In this document: in pieces, positions 11,765 through 25,654 of the stretch
How positions within the stretch are numbered: position 1 is the stretch's first letter
How the letters are laid out: each line of letters opens with the position of its first letter
Assembly (NCBI RefSeq): GCF_006345805.1
Contig: NC_043004.1
Span: 3,100,001 to 3,164,000, forward strand
Length of the DNA: 64,000 bases
Direction: 5' to 3'
Source of the DNA: Octopus sinensis
Lineage: Eukaryota
The notes under the pieces: model-generated
Told to the model about the DNA's origin: nothing
The model's input: only the letters and a program-made list of their open reading frames with translations
Databases searched by the model: none
Position numbers and translations under genes: made by a program

Positions 11765-12050
11765 AGGCACCCTATATAAATACTTCCTGAAGGTTTACCA
11801 GCTTTTCAAGGTTGACTAATTCCCTGACTTCAAATGTAAAATTATCTTTTATGGGGAAGTTCTGTTGATTTGGGAATGAGGAACTTCTTGACTTGTGATC
11901 GATGAATGACAAACGATAAGACCCAGTAACCTTTACGAAGAATATCTTATTTGACCCACCTATAATAAGAGTGCATGCGTTGTATAGTTGCAGGTTTTTG
12001 TGTCGTCTGCAATCGAAGTTATTATATAGCTTCGAATTCACGGAGAATTT
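11765..12050 (-). pseudogene. Possible decayed Penelope GIY-YIG N-terminal fragment
   Basis: ORF 11772-12041 contains ACTLIIGG...FPIKDNFTFEVRELV...LQEVFI*G, resembling the CxxI..G..FxIKxxFxC..IY..CxxC..YIG pattern. Confidence 0.4.
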
Positions 12051-12344
12051 CTAGGATGAGTAAAATCTATTCAGATTTAATATAGATTAGAATGTGTTAA
12101 ATAAATGATGGAAGAGTTTGAGGCAGTGATCTTAATAAGAAAGAAATTATTTCGATATATCACAAGAAATACACTATAAAAAAAGTTAAAATATTTGAAC
12201 GATTATCAACATGCAAAAGAAACTGTCTTATATGCTCACGTCTGATTCTGAATTCAGTGTTGGTGTGTTTACGTACCCGTAACCTAGTCGTTTGGCAAAA
12301 AGAGACCGATAGAATAAATACCAGGTTTTAAATAAGTATTGGAC

Positions 12345-12493
12345 CAGTGCTCCACTGGTCGTTATTTTATCGATCCCAAGAGAATAAAAGGCAAAGTCGA
12401 CCTCGGCGGAATTAGAATGCAGAACGTAAAGACGGATGAAACGCCGTGAAGCATCTGATCCGGCATGCTGACGTTTCTACCAGTTCGCCACCT
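12345..12493 (-). mobile_element. Family C SINE, preceded by a family A 3' fragment at 12255-12340
   Basis: AAAGGCAAAGTCGACCTCGGCGGAATT...CAGTTCGCC. Confidence 0.8.
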
Positions 12494-12764
12494 TCGAACT
12501 ATGATAAGCAAACGATTTAACATTAAACTAAAGAATTACTACTTTTTGGAAGAGAGTGTTTTTGTTATATATTTGCAATAGATGGTGACAGTGACTTCGG
12601 AGTTTCCGTGGAAGAGTTAGGGACGTAGGCAGCATGTTGTTGGTCAGATGCTGGAGTGTGCCTGTGGTGGATTTTATGCTAATCTATCGAGGGCTTATTT
12701 CAAGACGCAGGCTATGAGGTCTATGTATATGGTTGTAGAACTGTCCCAAATAGAGGAACAGTGG

Positions 12765-13143
12765 CTCTCCGTCGGTTATGACGACGAGGGTTCCAGTTGA
12801 TCCAATCAACGGAGCAGCCTGCTCGTAAAATTAACGTGCATGTGGCGGAGCACTCCACAGACACACATGTACCCTTAACGTAGTTCTCGGGGAGATTCAG
12901 CGTGACACAGAGTGTGACAAGGCTGGCCCTTTGAAATACAGGTACAACAGAAACAGGAAGAAAGAGTAAGAGAAAGTTGTGGTGAAAGAGAACAGCACGG
13001 TTCACCACTACCCCTGCCGGAGCCTCGTGGAGCTTCAGGTGCTTTCGCTCAATAAACACTCACAACGCCCGGCCTGGGAATCGAAACTACACTCCTACGA
13101 CCGCGACGCCGCCGCCCTAACCACTAGGGCATTGCGCCTCCAC
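12765..13143 (-). mobile_element. tRNA-derived SINE, family D
   Basis: Minus-strand head GTGGAGGCGCAATGCCCTAGTGGTTAGGGC...GTTTCGATTCCC; near-full homolog at 28035-28393 and partial copy at 35735-35880. Confidence 0.85.
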
Positions 13144-13624
13144 ATAGGAGCAGTATACCACTGGGGAGCGACTGCATTTTGAGACATACTTCACTTAAGC
13201 TTTTTAATGTGTCATCTATTATTGGGGTATGAAAAGGTTACTGGTCCTGAACGGAGGGGCGAGTCATTGGGATTCAGTCCTAGTTATGTTGAGGATGTGA
13301 TCTCGTCAGTAAAAGACCGCCAGAATACAGATTCTTAATCATACACATCTACTCGTACACATACACAGACACACGTACACATACAGACACACATAAAGAT
13401 ATGCGTACATGAGAGGAACTGAAGAGGAGAAAAAAACTGAAACGGTAGACGTATTAGCTGGAGGTGAATCGAGACAGATTAAGAGATCATCTTGAGATGG
13501 GGCGACGTGCAGAATGGTTCCTGTAACAAAGTCGAACACACAGACACAAACGCTGAGTGTTGTCAATAATAACAAGTGCTGTTAAAATAATCGGACAGCA
13601 GCGCATGCGCAGCCAGATACAGAT

Positions 13625-13672
<48 letters not shown>

Positions 13673-13814
13673 CATATATACATACATGTACACGTACACA
13701 CACAAACACTCATACTGATATACATATATAAAATGTACAAACGTATTATGTTTGTGTGTGTATGTGTATGTGCGCGTACGCGCGTTTGCGTGTGTGTATT
13801 TACATATATATATA

Positions 13815-13874
<60 letters not shown>

Positions 13875-13966
13875 TGGGAGAGCGTGAGAGAGAGAGATAG
13901 GTATATATATTATATATATATATATATAATATATATATATAGATAGATAGATAGATAGATAGATAC

Positions 13967-14014
<48 letters not shown>

Positions 14015-14286
14015 ATAAATGCATACATGCATGCGCGCGCGCGCGCGCGTGTGTGTGTGTCTATAGTTACGAAGCTAATATTGTAACCCCGTGTTTTCGG
14101 TTTAATCCCACTGGGTGACACCTTCGGCAAGTCTCTTCTGCTATAGCCTCCGGCTGACCAATACATTATGAGTGAACTCAGCCGAACGTTACTGCCGTAC
14201 GCGCGCATATACACACGCACATATATATATATACATACATGCAAATATAAAAACGTATGCCTGTCTGTCTGTATGTATGTGTATAT

Positions 14287-14391
<105 letters not shown>

Positions 14392-14518
14392 TATACATGC
14401 ATATATATATTTCCTTCTTTCCTTGTTCCACGTCCTCGCGTTGTTGTGTTTTTTGCTTTGTGTTTTCATGTTTAGATTAACTATATATACATACACACAC
14501 ACATACACACACACACAC

Positions 14519-14557
<39 letters not shown>

Positions 14558-14739
14558 TATTTATATTTATATTTATATTTGCGTAAATAGAAGCATACAA
14601 GCACGCATATACGCTCGACTAATCGTTTTGCCGCACATGTACGGATCTACGGGACATCAGACTCAGTAATGACACACCGATTTCGCGCCATTTCTGCTCT
14701 ACTGGTCATTGCATGCAACTATTATCAATGCTCCTACTA

Positions 14740-14835
14740 GACTTGCACAAGGTATTCCACAGTCCCATCTTCGTTAGAGGAAGTATTTTAATTTTTCCTT
14801 CCGTACTCGACCCCTAACGGCCTAAATTCACCACC
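14740..14835 (+). pseudogene. Possible Penelope GIY-YIG C-terminal remnant
   Basis: TTCCGTACTCGACCCCTAACGGCCTAAATTCA reads as frameshifted FRTxxPNGLNS (PLE TLxPxGLN motif), followed by a C/A-rich tract. Confidence 0.4.
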
Positions 14836-15752
14836 ACTTTTCATTTACTCCCCCTTCACAAACACATAAAATGCAGCCACCTCTTACATTTTTACAGTCC
14901 ATTTCGCCAACCCCGACCGACACACCTACGATACACCACTGAACCCATCGCCCTACACACCAACACGTTCGAACAGTATACAAAGAAACCTACACAGACT
15001 CACCTATTTCCTTCTTCACACACTCCAGCTGCCACACTTCCATTTTGCTCCCGTAGGATATTGACACTTATAGCAACCAGTATAGAATACACCTACACTT
15101 CCCATCACTTCCTACAATCTTGTCACGTCTATTTCATCACCATGCCCTTCCCGTATGACTCACAAAATAGCCTCACAGAAACGCACACACGTATAAACAG
15201 AAAACAAGCGCATACGCACATATATACACCCACAAATACACAGTATACATACACACAAAACGTCATACACACACACGTGACGATATGGCGGAAGCAGATT
15301 TACCGTAAGCCTAATCCTTAAGCTGAACCAGGGTATCATAGTGTGATATAGCTGGATATTCGAAGTATTCGATCGATCTATCCGATCGGGATTCACTCAG
15401 TTTCTATCTTCCCGATTTCAGTCATAAGCCTTCGGTGAATCAGAGCCGAGCATAAAGACATTTATCAAAGGTGAGAGGAAATTGGTTCGAATCGAGAAGC
15501 TTGTGTAAAGGAAGCGGGTTTCTTAATTATTCAACTTTTCTGCGTCCACGTTCGTGCGTGCGCGTGCACACACACGTGTGTGTGTGTGTGTGTGTGCGTG
15601 TGTGTGTGTGTGTGTATGAGTGTAGTCGTATTCCCTTTTCCTACGGTTTTCCAAAATGCCCGGAGAATGAATTGCCATACTATGGAAGAATTTGTACCTC
15701 ATAGAGAACAGTCGTCGCCAGTTCATTTATGATTTATTTATTATATACTATC

Positions 15753-16364
15753 ACATAAGGGGGATCAGCCATCTGAATGTGGCTAGGGTCAGGGCGGGGT
15801 GGTGGGGGTGTTACTGATGCATTTAGCCCCAGGCGAACATCAACGTCACCAGAAGAGCTGACACCATCTCGGTGTCCTTGCCAGCCTGCAAAGGGAGATC
15901 AGCCTCCCCGAAGATACGGATATTACATACGGACCGGTTTCGAGGTTATTGCCTCTTGTCAACGTATGGTAAGCACCGCTCTTCTTTGAGGGACTCCCTC
16001 TACAGGCTGGATATATAGATTTTCACAGTAACCACAGTCACTGGCGTAGAAAATCCGTTCGAAAACAATAATAAATCTCTGAGCGAGATATAAACAGTAA
16101 CTGCTCTATAACATAAGGGGGATCAGCCATCTGAATGTGGCTGTAGTATCCGTATCTTCGGGGAGGCTGATCTCCCTTTGCAGGCTGGCAAGGACACCGA
16201 GATGGTATCAGCTCTTCTGGTGACGTTGATGTTCGCCTGGGGCTAAATGCATCAGTAACACCCCCACCACCCCGCCCTGACCCTAGCCACATTCAGATGG
16301 CTGATCCCCCTTATGTTATAGAGCAGTTACTGTTTATATCTCGCTCAGAGATTTATTATTGTTT
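15753..16364. mobile_element. Retrozyme/Penelope-pLTR-like element: 358-bp unit plus inverted partial copy, flanked by a TSD
   Basis: 15753-15927 is revcomp of 16142-16316 (2 mismatches seen); 16063-16142 is revcomp of 16285-16364; direct repeat at 15754 and 16112; TTTATTATATACT at 15737 and 16362. Confidence 0.85.
15926..15968 (-). ncRNA. Minimal type I hammerhead ribozyme, U3:A8 variant
   Basis: CATACG TTGACAA GAGG caataa CCTC GAAA CCGG TC^CGTATG; perfect stems I and II, palindromic stem III ACCGGT, GUC site. Confidence 0.8.
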
Positions 16365-17144
16365 ATTATATACTGTTATTCCAGAAATACAATACTCGAA
16401 AAAAAACAAGGCGGTGCGACATCCATATCTCTTATTATGGATGTGGTGAATCAGGGCTGGCCTAGGGTTAAAAAACAGCATAACGTCTTCTACCACCACC
16501 ATCATCAACACCACCGGCACCAATATAATCATATGGCCACCACTTCCAACAGTAAATGGTTACCAACACAGCAAACCTCATCCATATCGCCACACTCACA
16601 TAACGAAAACTACCACCACTACAACTGTCACGTCTACCACTACAACCATCACAGCTACCACCGTCACCAACGAAACCAAATTCACACAACAATCTTTTAA
16701 AACCTACACTACTACCACCACAACCATCATCACCACCAAGGCCACCACCATCACCAGAAATTCGATGGTGATAAAATGTCGGTGTCATAATGAATTTCCC
16801 ATATTAGGCACACATCAGATGTTGAACTGATAACGGCAGATATCACAGTTTGATATTGGCGAAACAGGCTGAGAAATGAGATATAAGCATAGACAGATAT
16901 ACGTGTAGATAAGAGAGTTGCCGGGTATATAGACACTACCCAGCCATTTCAATTGCTAGAAATAGTAAGCAAATACTCGAACACTTGTAAAAAACATTAA
17001 ACTATATAGCTTTAGGAACATTATGTCTTACAAAATATACGAGATCGTCACGGTTGGCTTATCATAATTCACAGACCTGCGGCTTCATCAGTAATGACCT
17101 TGGGCTAAACGACAAGAAATATAAATACAGCAATTATCCCACTT

Positions 17145-17199
<55 letters not shown>

Positions 17200-18119
17200 C
17201 TCCCTCCCTCCCTCTATTTTTTCTCTCTCTTCCGTCTGTCTATCTCTCCCTCCCTCTCTCTTCACATCCGCCTCTTCCTCCTCTCAGAATATATATATAC
17301 GTATATTGGGGTCGATAAATTAAGTACCAGCTACGTACTGAGATCGATCTTATCGACTGGCCCTCTCCGCCAAAATTTCAGGCTTTGTGCCTAGGCTAGA
17401 AAAGAATAAAACTGTCTTCTTCAAGTCTTCAAGCAACATACCCATATATGGTCTTCTTGTTAGGATCATGAATGTTTCACCTGCTGGTCTTCTTCGAGGT
17501 ATGATAGTCCGGTTGTTTTTGTGCTCGTATCGTGGTCAACGGGAAGAGAGTGCTTCCTGAATAGCTCAATGCGGACACTTCGAATATTATCGTCTTCTCG
17601 TCTCAACTCTATTTTGATGTATTTATTTTTGCTGTTCTTACGCAAGTGCTGTCTGAGAGACACTATACGACATTCGAAGGCTGATCACGTCATAAATTTC
17701 CATGGGCTGAAAATAAATCCCTTTGACGAGTTTCTCATCTTTTGAGGCCTGCAGAGAAAGAGTACGTCTATCTTGTCACGGAAACTAATATTAGGCACAG
17801 CTATTTCTATTCTGCCAGCTCGGGGTGGTTGGGGATTGGGCTGCATTCGAATGACTAATTTACATAAGAGTTCATGCGATGATAAAATTGGAATAATTAA
17901 TTTATTAATTGTGCACTTTCGTTTTAACAACCTGAAATTTCAGTTGTACTTTTTTAATAAACTCACAATTTATTTTCGCCGTGAAAAACAAATTGCTTTC
18001 TCAAAGAATTCCTCATATTTGGAGGCAGAAAAAAAAGCTTCAATTCGCGAACACCTAGTCACTGTTAGACCCTCATCAAATTCAGGATAAACAGCATGTT
18101 TGCATGCAATATAAATATA

Positions 18120-18177
18120 GACGGAAACTGAAAGAAGCCCGTCGTATATATGTATATATATATATATATATATATAC

Positions 18178-18228
<51 letters not shown>

Positions 18229-18582
18229 TGTGCTGGTTGTGTTCACGTCCCCATAACTTAGCGGTTCGGCAAAAGAGACCGATAGAATAAGTACTGGGCT
18301 TACAAAGAATAAGTCCTGGGGTCGATTTGCTCGACTAAAGGCGGTGCTCCAGCATGGCCACAGTCAAATGACTGAAACACTTAAAGAGTAAAAAGAGTAA
18401 AAGAGTATATATCAGGCGCGCATGCGTGACTGATTAGTAAGGGGCTTACTTCACAACCACACAATCCTGGGTTCAGTCCCACTGCGTAGCACCTTGGTCA
18501 AGTGGCTTTAACTACAGCCTCTGGTTGACCAAAGCCTTTATTAGTGGATTTGGTAAAGGGAAACTGAACGAAGCTTGTCGTA
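18120..18582 (+). mobile_element. Two family A SINE pieces (3' half 18120-18407; 5' half 18415-18582)
   Basis: Homology to family A. Confidence 0.85.
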
Positions 18583-18587
18583 TATAC

Positions 18588-18650
<63 letters not shown>

Positions 18651-18729
18651 GAGAAAATAATTGAGATTCAGTTGAATTAGGTACTTAAGTTGAAACACCA
18701 GAATTAGTGGAGTATTATCCGTACAACTG

Positions 18730-19520
18730 AGGGTGTGATGAATAGACTGTCGTCTAAAATACACAAAAAGTGAAAATAACACTGACATCTCATTTTTAAC
18801 AGATATATTTACCAAAATTACATTCAAATATTTTGAAATACTAAAGAGTAAATTTATTCAATAAAATTGCCATTAGCTTCAACCACGGTCTGCAGACGAC
18901 TTCGGAATCTCCTGCAACACTTCTGGACGTTCTCCTTGTTTAAGTTGGTGAATGCTGCCATAATTCTTGCCTTTAGCTCATCTTTGATGTTACAAGGAGT
19001 TTTGTTGGTCTCTGACTCAACTGCGCCCCACACATAGTAATCAAGGGAGTTGCAGTCTGGGGAGTTAGATGGCCAGATATTAGGGGTGATGTGGTCACAG
19101 AAATTGTCTCCTTGTGTGGCATGGTGCAGATCCTGTTGCCAGATAAAGGGCCTTTCAGTAGCCACCGTTCACCCAGGCAGCACTACCTCCTCCAGGCACT
19201 TGATGTAGGCCTCCGCCTTGAGTGTGAAGCTATGCGGAAGATGAATTTAGGCATAACCTCGCCATCCCTTGTGATCATTCTATGCACCATGATGTTGACT
19301 GGACGTTCGACTTTTATCATTCTCGGTACATGTCCTCAGGTTAACACTCAAATACTCTGAAATGGTTCGTATTGGAGCTTCCAGCGCGAATGCCAAGCAG
19401 TACAGCATGGCGTTTCCAAATTTGTGGCAAAGTGAATTGCGTCATGCGGCTGTTTTTCTCATAGATGGTGCGCAACTACCCCTAATATACGGTGTAGACG
19501 ACAAAATCAAAAACAAACAG
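18730..19520 (-). mobile_element. Internally deleted Tc1/mariner transposon, maT/DD37D-like transposase remnant
   Basis: ORF 18854-19165 contains WQQD...WPSNSPDCNSLDYYVWG...RFRSRLQTVVEANGNFIE; upstream IMVHRMITRDGEVMPKFIF; putative N-terminus from ATG at 19445. Confidence 0.85.
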
Positions 19521-19549
19521 TTTAAACGACCAGCCAGATTAAGTAAACA

Positions 19550-20256
19550 TTTTAACTTTAATACATAAGAGCTTACATAAAAAGTTACATAGAACCCACA
19601 AAATTTGTAATAAACATAAAGTAAAGGTTAGCTATTGTTGCACTGAAAATCTGGCTGCATTAACAGAATAAATTGTACAAATATAAAGCAAAAACAGTTA
19701 CAAGAAAGCATTTCAACACTCCTGAATCTACTTTTTCTTTAAATTTTACGTCTGTTTCTTTTTCCTTGCAGCGAAGCTAATTCAGTGTCAGCTTGTCTCA
19801 CCTAGTGTTGTTATTTTCCGCCGGCATGTTATGACTTTCAGCCACTTTTGGTCTTCCCGCTTCAGCCATATATAGAAGCTGACTTTTTCGACCGCCTCCT
19901 GTACTCTCCTTATTCTCAGCTCCGAGCTAGAAAAAACAAATCTTCTTTTGAATAGCGTTGTCATTTTTCTTTCAATGAAGCCCCTAGCCCCCACTGCAAG
20001 GTGGTAATACTCGACATTCCATCCCTGTTCTCTGCACTCTCCGATGAGTTTTTCGTACCACTTCTCCTTTCGTTTCTCTGCATTGCCGATGTTCTCTTCC
20101 CATGGCACTATCAGTTCTAGCAAAATTCCTCTTCCCCGTTCTCTGTCCTATAGGACTAAATCTGGTCTTTTTGTCTTATTAATGGAAATATTACTAGTCT
20201 TTCCAAATCCGTGGCCAGCTCCCAGTATTCCTTCCATCTTTCGTCTATCTTGGTGA
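19550..20256 (-). mobile_element. 5'-truncated HERO-like non-LTR retrotransposon (restriction-like endonuclease domain plus probable 3'UTR)
   Basis: WELATDL...TKRPDLVL*...ILLELIVPWEENIGNAEKRKEKWYEKLIGECREQGW...VGARGF...EAVEKVSFYIWLKR, a PD-(D/E)xK RLE of HERO type. Confidence 0.85.
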
Positions 20257-20779
20257 AATAAACCATGAACAATATGTCTGACAACCAACTCATTTGAAAA
20301 CAGTTATACGTAGCACATAATCTTTCTTTGGTATCCAGGATAATAGAAAGTCTACTTTATTGTCTAAATGTATGTGGAGCCTAAATGTTAAAAAAGAAAA
20401 GGAAACGCTTAAACAAGACTACCAGTCATTAAAATTGCTGCACCGTACACTAACAAACTCAACCGATCTCAAATCTACCCAGCCGATAAAATTAAAAACC
20501 TGAAAGATTATCTCATACCGTTCAATAAATTGTTTGATCTGTTCTCAAAGTGTCGCCACCAAGGCGAGTATCTTTTCAGACACTCTTTTACAGACAGGAT
20601 AAATCCTTGGATTTATATACATCGATCATCAAAATATATTTATATACATCGATCACAAAAAACATATCGACAGTTCACAGAACCATCTCATAAATTCTGT
20701 TGCAGTAGTGTTCTAATGCGATCAGTTTTACTTTTATTAATTCCATTCTCTATTTTTTCTCTTTCGTTTATTGTCGCAT

Positions 20780-20816
20780 ATATGTATGTATGTATGCATG
20801 CATGTATGCATGTATG

Positions 20817-20847
<31 letters not shown>

Positions 20848-21265
20848 GTCAGTATGTATGAATGTAAGTAGGTATGTCAGTATGTATGTATGTATGTATG
20901 TATGCATGTATGCATGCATGTATGTATGTATGTATGTATGTATGTATGTATGTAGGTACGTCAGTATGTATGTATGTATGTATATCAGTACGTATGAATG
21001 TAAGTAGGTATGTCAGTATGTATGTATGTATGTATGCATGTATGCATGCATGTATGTATGTATGTATGTATGTATGTAGGTACGTCAGTATGTATGTATG
21101 TATGTATGTATGTATGTATGTATGTATGTCAGTATGTATGTATGTATGTATACATGTGTGTGTACGTACGTGTGTATGTATGTATATGAGTGTGTGTATG
21201 TAAGTATGTTTACATGTGTGTGTACGTATGTATATATGTGTACATGTGTGTGTGTGTGTGTGTGT
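20780..21265. repeat. (TATG)n compound microsatellite with higher-order duplications
   Basis: Directly visible; the GTCAGTATG and GAATGTAAGTAGG interruptions recur. Confidence 0.95.
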
Positions 21266-23343
21266 TTATAGGTTTATACGCTTATTGCGTATGCTTTATG
21301 AAAAATGTTGTATTTGTATATGCTTCACCAAAATGCACCATTCTTTATTATATCGTTGCATTATACGTAACTCGAACTACGAAATTTATGCACAGTTTAC
21401 ATGTTATTACAAGCGAGCATACGCGCACATACACATACTCACACACAAGCACATATATATTCAGTGAAGGAAACAAAGTGAGACGGAGTGGAACGAAGAG
21501 AACATGGAGAGAGGGGCATAAATTAAGAGAATCGCGAGGAAGTCGGGGTGCAAAATACCTTGTAGAATTTCGTCCGGCTCTTTGCATTCTGAGTTAAAAT
21601 GGCGTCCGATGTACATTCTGCTTCTCATCCTTCTTGGTGGGGGCGATAAAAAAAAATATATATATATATATAGATATATCTGTGTGTGTGCGCGTGTGTG
21701 TGTATGTGCGTGCGCGTGTGTGTGCGTGCGCGTGTGTGTGCGTGCGTGTATGTGGGTGGGTTGGTGTAGATTGATACCACCATTATACTAATTGTAAGTA
21801 ATTACGTATTATTGAAACAATTAATGAAGATTAATAATAAATTTGTTGATAAACGAAAATAAAATACAAGAATCCAACTGCAAAATGCTTTTTACAGAGT
21901 AATTCCATCATATCTAGAACTAAAATTGTAAAATATTTTAATTTTAATTTCAAATTAGCAAAACAGGTTTCATAATAATTCTATATATACACACATATGT
22001 GCATATATACTTGCATATAAACACCGAACATATATGTGTCTGTGCATGAGTGTATGTGTTGGTGTTGTGTATACACACACACACACATACACAGAGGTAC
22101 ATGTGTGTGTAAATGAGTGTATGTGAGTGCGTTTGTGTTTGTGTGTGTGTGAAGAAGAGCTCATATATGGTTGTAATTTTACTACAGCTGTTTCAATAAC
22201 ATTTCAATAACATTTTACTGATGTATTAATACATGGCATCATATTTTAAATGCTCCAGCTGGGAGGAAATTTTTTAAACGGTTTAAACACGCAAGGTAAA
22301 ACATTCATGACAACCTATCCTACAGACAAGACGAAGAAGTGATATTATAAAAAAGAACATTCGAATTCATTGAGAAATCAGAAATATAACGAGCATGCGA
22401 GGCACAAAGAGGTCAAAACAACTTAATTATTTCTTAATTAGTTTGCAACCATAACTTGCTGTGAACGAGTGCTAGGAAACATTTCTTTGAGGTTGATTCA
22501 GTGGGATAAAGGAACCAAAACTTTTGGCAGCAGAAAGACATAAAACTGTCATCACATTTTCTCTCTAGTACACACACACGCAACGTACATGTATACACAC
22601 TCACATGCACACACACGTTTACATACGCTATTCTACGTAAAGAATGGACGAGGCGGGATAAAAATGGAGAGAGAAATGAACAAGCATGTCTCAATTACAC
22701 GGCCACGGAATGCTAAAATGACTGGAAGAGGTCACTAGAAGCGTGAATGCCGAAGGAGACAACTGTGAGAATTGAGTTGAGGCAGCAAATCTACATTGAA
22801 AGTGTGAACAGAAAAACCACACCTTGTCTTGGGATTCACGGTCAAGCGGCTGGGTGGAACTGCGCGAAAAATTACACAGATGTGAAGAATGATCCGATGG
22901 TGATGCTGGGTTTTGTATTGTTTTCATAGCCACCATGGTTACTGAAATACTCTACTATAATAATACTCTTGTGTTTAGGAATGAATAAGGAAGGAAGGGG
23001 TGATGTCATACTTGGTAGTGGGATGATAAAAATTGTACGCTGAAAAATATAAATCAAACAGCGTTTCAACTCTGTGAATATGTGTATGTGCATGTAAATG
23101 GGGGGGGGGCATGTGAATGTGTGTGCGCGCGTGCAATGGAATTAGGATGGTTCTTCTTTGTTCGCTTAGTATTTGGGTTTATTGTTTGATTTAGTTGAAT
23201 CATGGTTGGTTTATTTTTGTTGGTCAGTTATTTTTAGCATTTGACAGAAAAAAGTCATTTTTAAATTGTATTTTAACGTAAGCATTCCCAAACAAGTCGA
23301 ATGCTTACACAGAGCAGGTTTTACAGCCACATCATCCAAGCCG

Positions 23344-23372
23344 ACCGGGTGACATCGGGCTTAGCTGCTAGT
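23344..23372 (+). mobile_element. Helitron-like 3' terminus
   Basis: Short hairpin CCGG-GTGACA-TCGG followed after ~9 nt by CTAG|T. Confidence 0.4.
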
Positions 23373-24039
23373 TCCATATAAACATCGTTTGGCTTGCATC
23401 CCGTTTGCACACACATTATAGCACATTTCTCGTCTATGCACGTTTGTTTCCCAAATATATCTTATAATTTCTTTCTTGTATTTCTCTACGATTTAATCCT
23501 GCCATATTCTCCCAGTAATACGGATTTGATATCATTTTGAATTCTGGATTTCTTACCCTTAAACTTTTGTAAATTTGTAACATTCATATTTATGGATTTT
23601 GTATTTCTGCATCCTATATTTTTTTGTCCTCATAATAAACACATCACAACATTTGTATTTATATTCTAATATTTCTCTGTTTTTCGTATTTACAATTTCG
23701 TAATTTTTCGTTACAGCATTTCTGTACTGCAGGATGTTTGCATTTAGAAATTTTTCTAATTGCTATGCATTTCCATAATGATAATTTTAGCACATTTCCA
23801 TATTCATAATGTTGGTATCTGATATTCGTCCACCGTTGCACGACTTCAAGAATGCTCTTGTACCCAATATGTTTTATGTCCATGTATGTGTGTGCATGCG
23901 TGTTTGCTTCTCTTGCGAAGAACTGTATGTGAGGAAAAACTTTCAAAACTGATGCAGTAAGCCGATTGGCGTGGAACGAATAAAGTTACAGGCATCGATT
24001 GCTTTCTCTTCATATATAAATAAATATATATATATATAT

Positions 24040-24428
24040 TCTTTTACTCTTTTACTCTTTTACCTGTTTCAGTCATTTGACTGTGGCCATGCTGGAGCAC
24101 CGCCTTTATTTGAGCAAATCTATCCAAGGACTTATTCTTTGTAAGCCTAGTACTTATTCTATCGGTCTCTTTTGCCAAACCGCTAAGTTACGGGGACGTA
24201 AGCATACCAGCACCGGTTGTCAAGCGATGTTGGGGGACAAACACAAACACACAAACACACACACACATATATATATATACATATATACGACGGGTTTCTT
24301 TTAGTTTCCGTCTACCAAATCTACTCACAAGGCTTTGGTCGTCCCGAAGCTATAGTAGAAGACACTTGCCCAAGGTGCCACGCAGTGGGACTGAACCTGG
24401 AACCATGTGGTTGGTAAACAACTAATTA

Positions 24429-24430
<2 letters not shown>
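24040..24430 (-). mobile_element. Family A SINE
   Basis: Homology to family A. Confidence 0.9.
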
Positions 24431-24480
<50 letters not shown>

Positions 24481-24686
24481 CTTTGCAGTAAATGTTAACG
24501 AAAAAATACGCCATCCAGTGAGAGATAAATATTGTTTAATGTACAGAGTATATAATTATGAGTTACTAACAGTTTTATACATTAGATATATTTTCTAGGC
24601 AGGTTTTGCTAACGCGCATAAAGTCATCGAGCCATCGTGAGGTTGAAGATTGCCTGGAGACACTTGGAGTGTTAATAAAGCCGGTC

Positions 24687-24819
<133 letters not shown>

Positions 24820-24829
24820 TATAAACTTC

Positions 24830-25037
24830 CTCCTATAGACAAAATGTCTGAAATTTTGGAGAAGGAGACTAGTCGAGTGCCCTGACCCCCAGTGCTCCAC
24901 TGGTTCTTTACTTATCGACCCCGAAAGGATGAAAGTCAAAGTCGATCTTGGCGGAATTTGAGCTCAGAACCTGAAGACGGATAGAATGCTGCTTAGTATT
25001 TTGTCCAGCATGCCAACGATTCTGCCAAATGACCGCC
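24830..25037 (-). mobile_element. Family C SINE
   Basis: TTATCGACCCCGAAAGGATGAAAG...CCAACGATTCTGCCA. Confidence 0.8.
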
Positions 25038-25654
25038 ATAACAACGACAATGATCAGAATTGAACCCGGAAAGTGAAAATGCCTTGATGGAACACTGCAG
25101 GCATTTTGCCGCACGTCGAAGCAAATTGATCGAATTCGATGACAATAATGGTGAAGACGATGTTAACGATGATGATGATGATGATGATAATGAGGAGGAG
25201 GAGGAGGATGGGGACGACGACGATGATGATGGTAGTGGTGGTGGTGGTGGTGGTGGTGATAATGATGATGGCGATGGTGATGACGACGAGCACGAGAACG
25301 ACAACGACGACTACGATGATAAGGAAGAGGGAACAGGAGAAGTAAGAAGAGGATGATGATATAAACACCAGGAGAGTTAATGGCAATTTCTTGGTTGTGT
25401 ACAAGGTGACATTAATAAGTAAGTAAGGAACCTGATAGCCAAGGTGTGGCTTTGTACAGCCGTGTCTCTGCATGGTAAACACGAAAACGAAGTTACCTAC
25501 AAAACACGTCTCATTAAATTTCACAGGACGCTCATTAATTCTCATTAATTCTGCTATTTTTTCCAAATCTATGGAAGGCCATAAACACATTCCCATTATA
25601 ATTTAAACCTGTGTTTTGTTGTTTATATTTTTCTGTAAGATTGTAAAAAGACAT

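Noticed and set aside
15777-16292. Twin ORFs MWLGSGRGGGG on opposite strands
   Set aside because: By-product of the inverted repeat, not a duplicated gene
17466-18090. Several overlapping 65-105-aa ORFs in unique-looking DNA
   Set aside because: No motif recognised in any frame
25060-25356. Acidic D/E/G-rich ORF
   Set aside because: Compound (GAT/GAG/GGT/GAC)n microsatellite following SINE fragments
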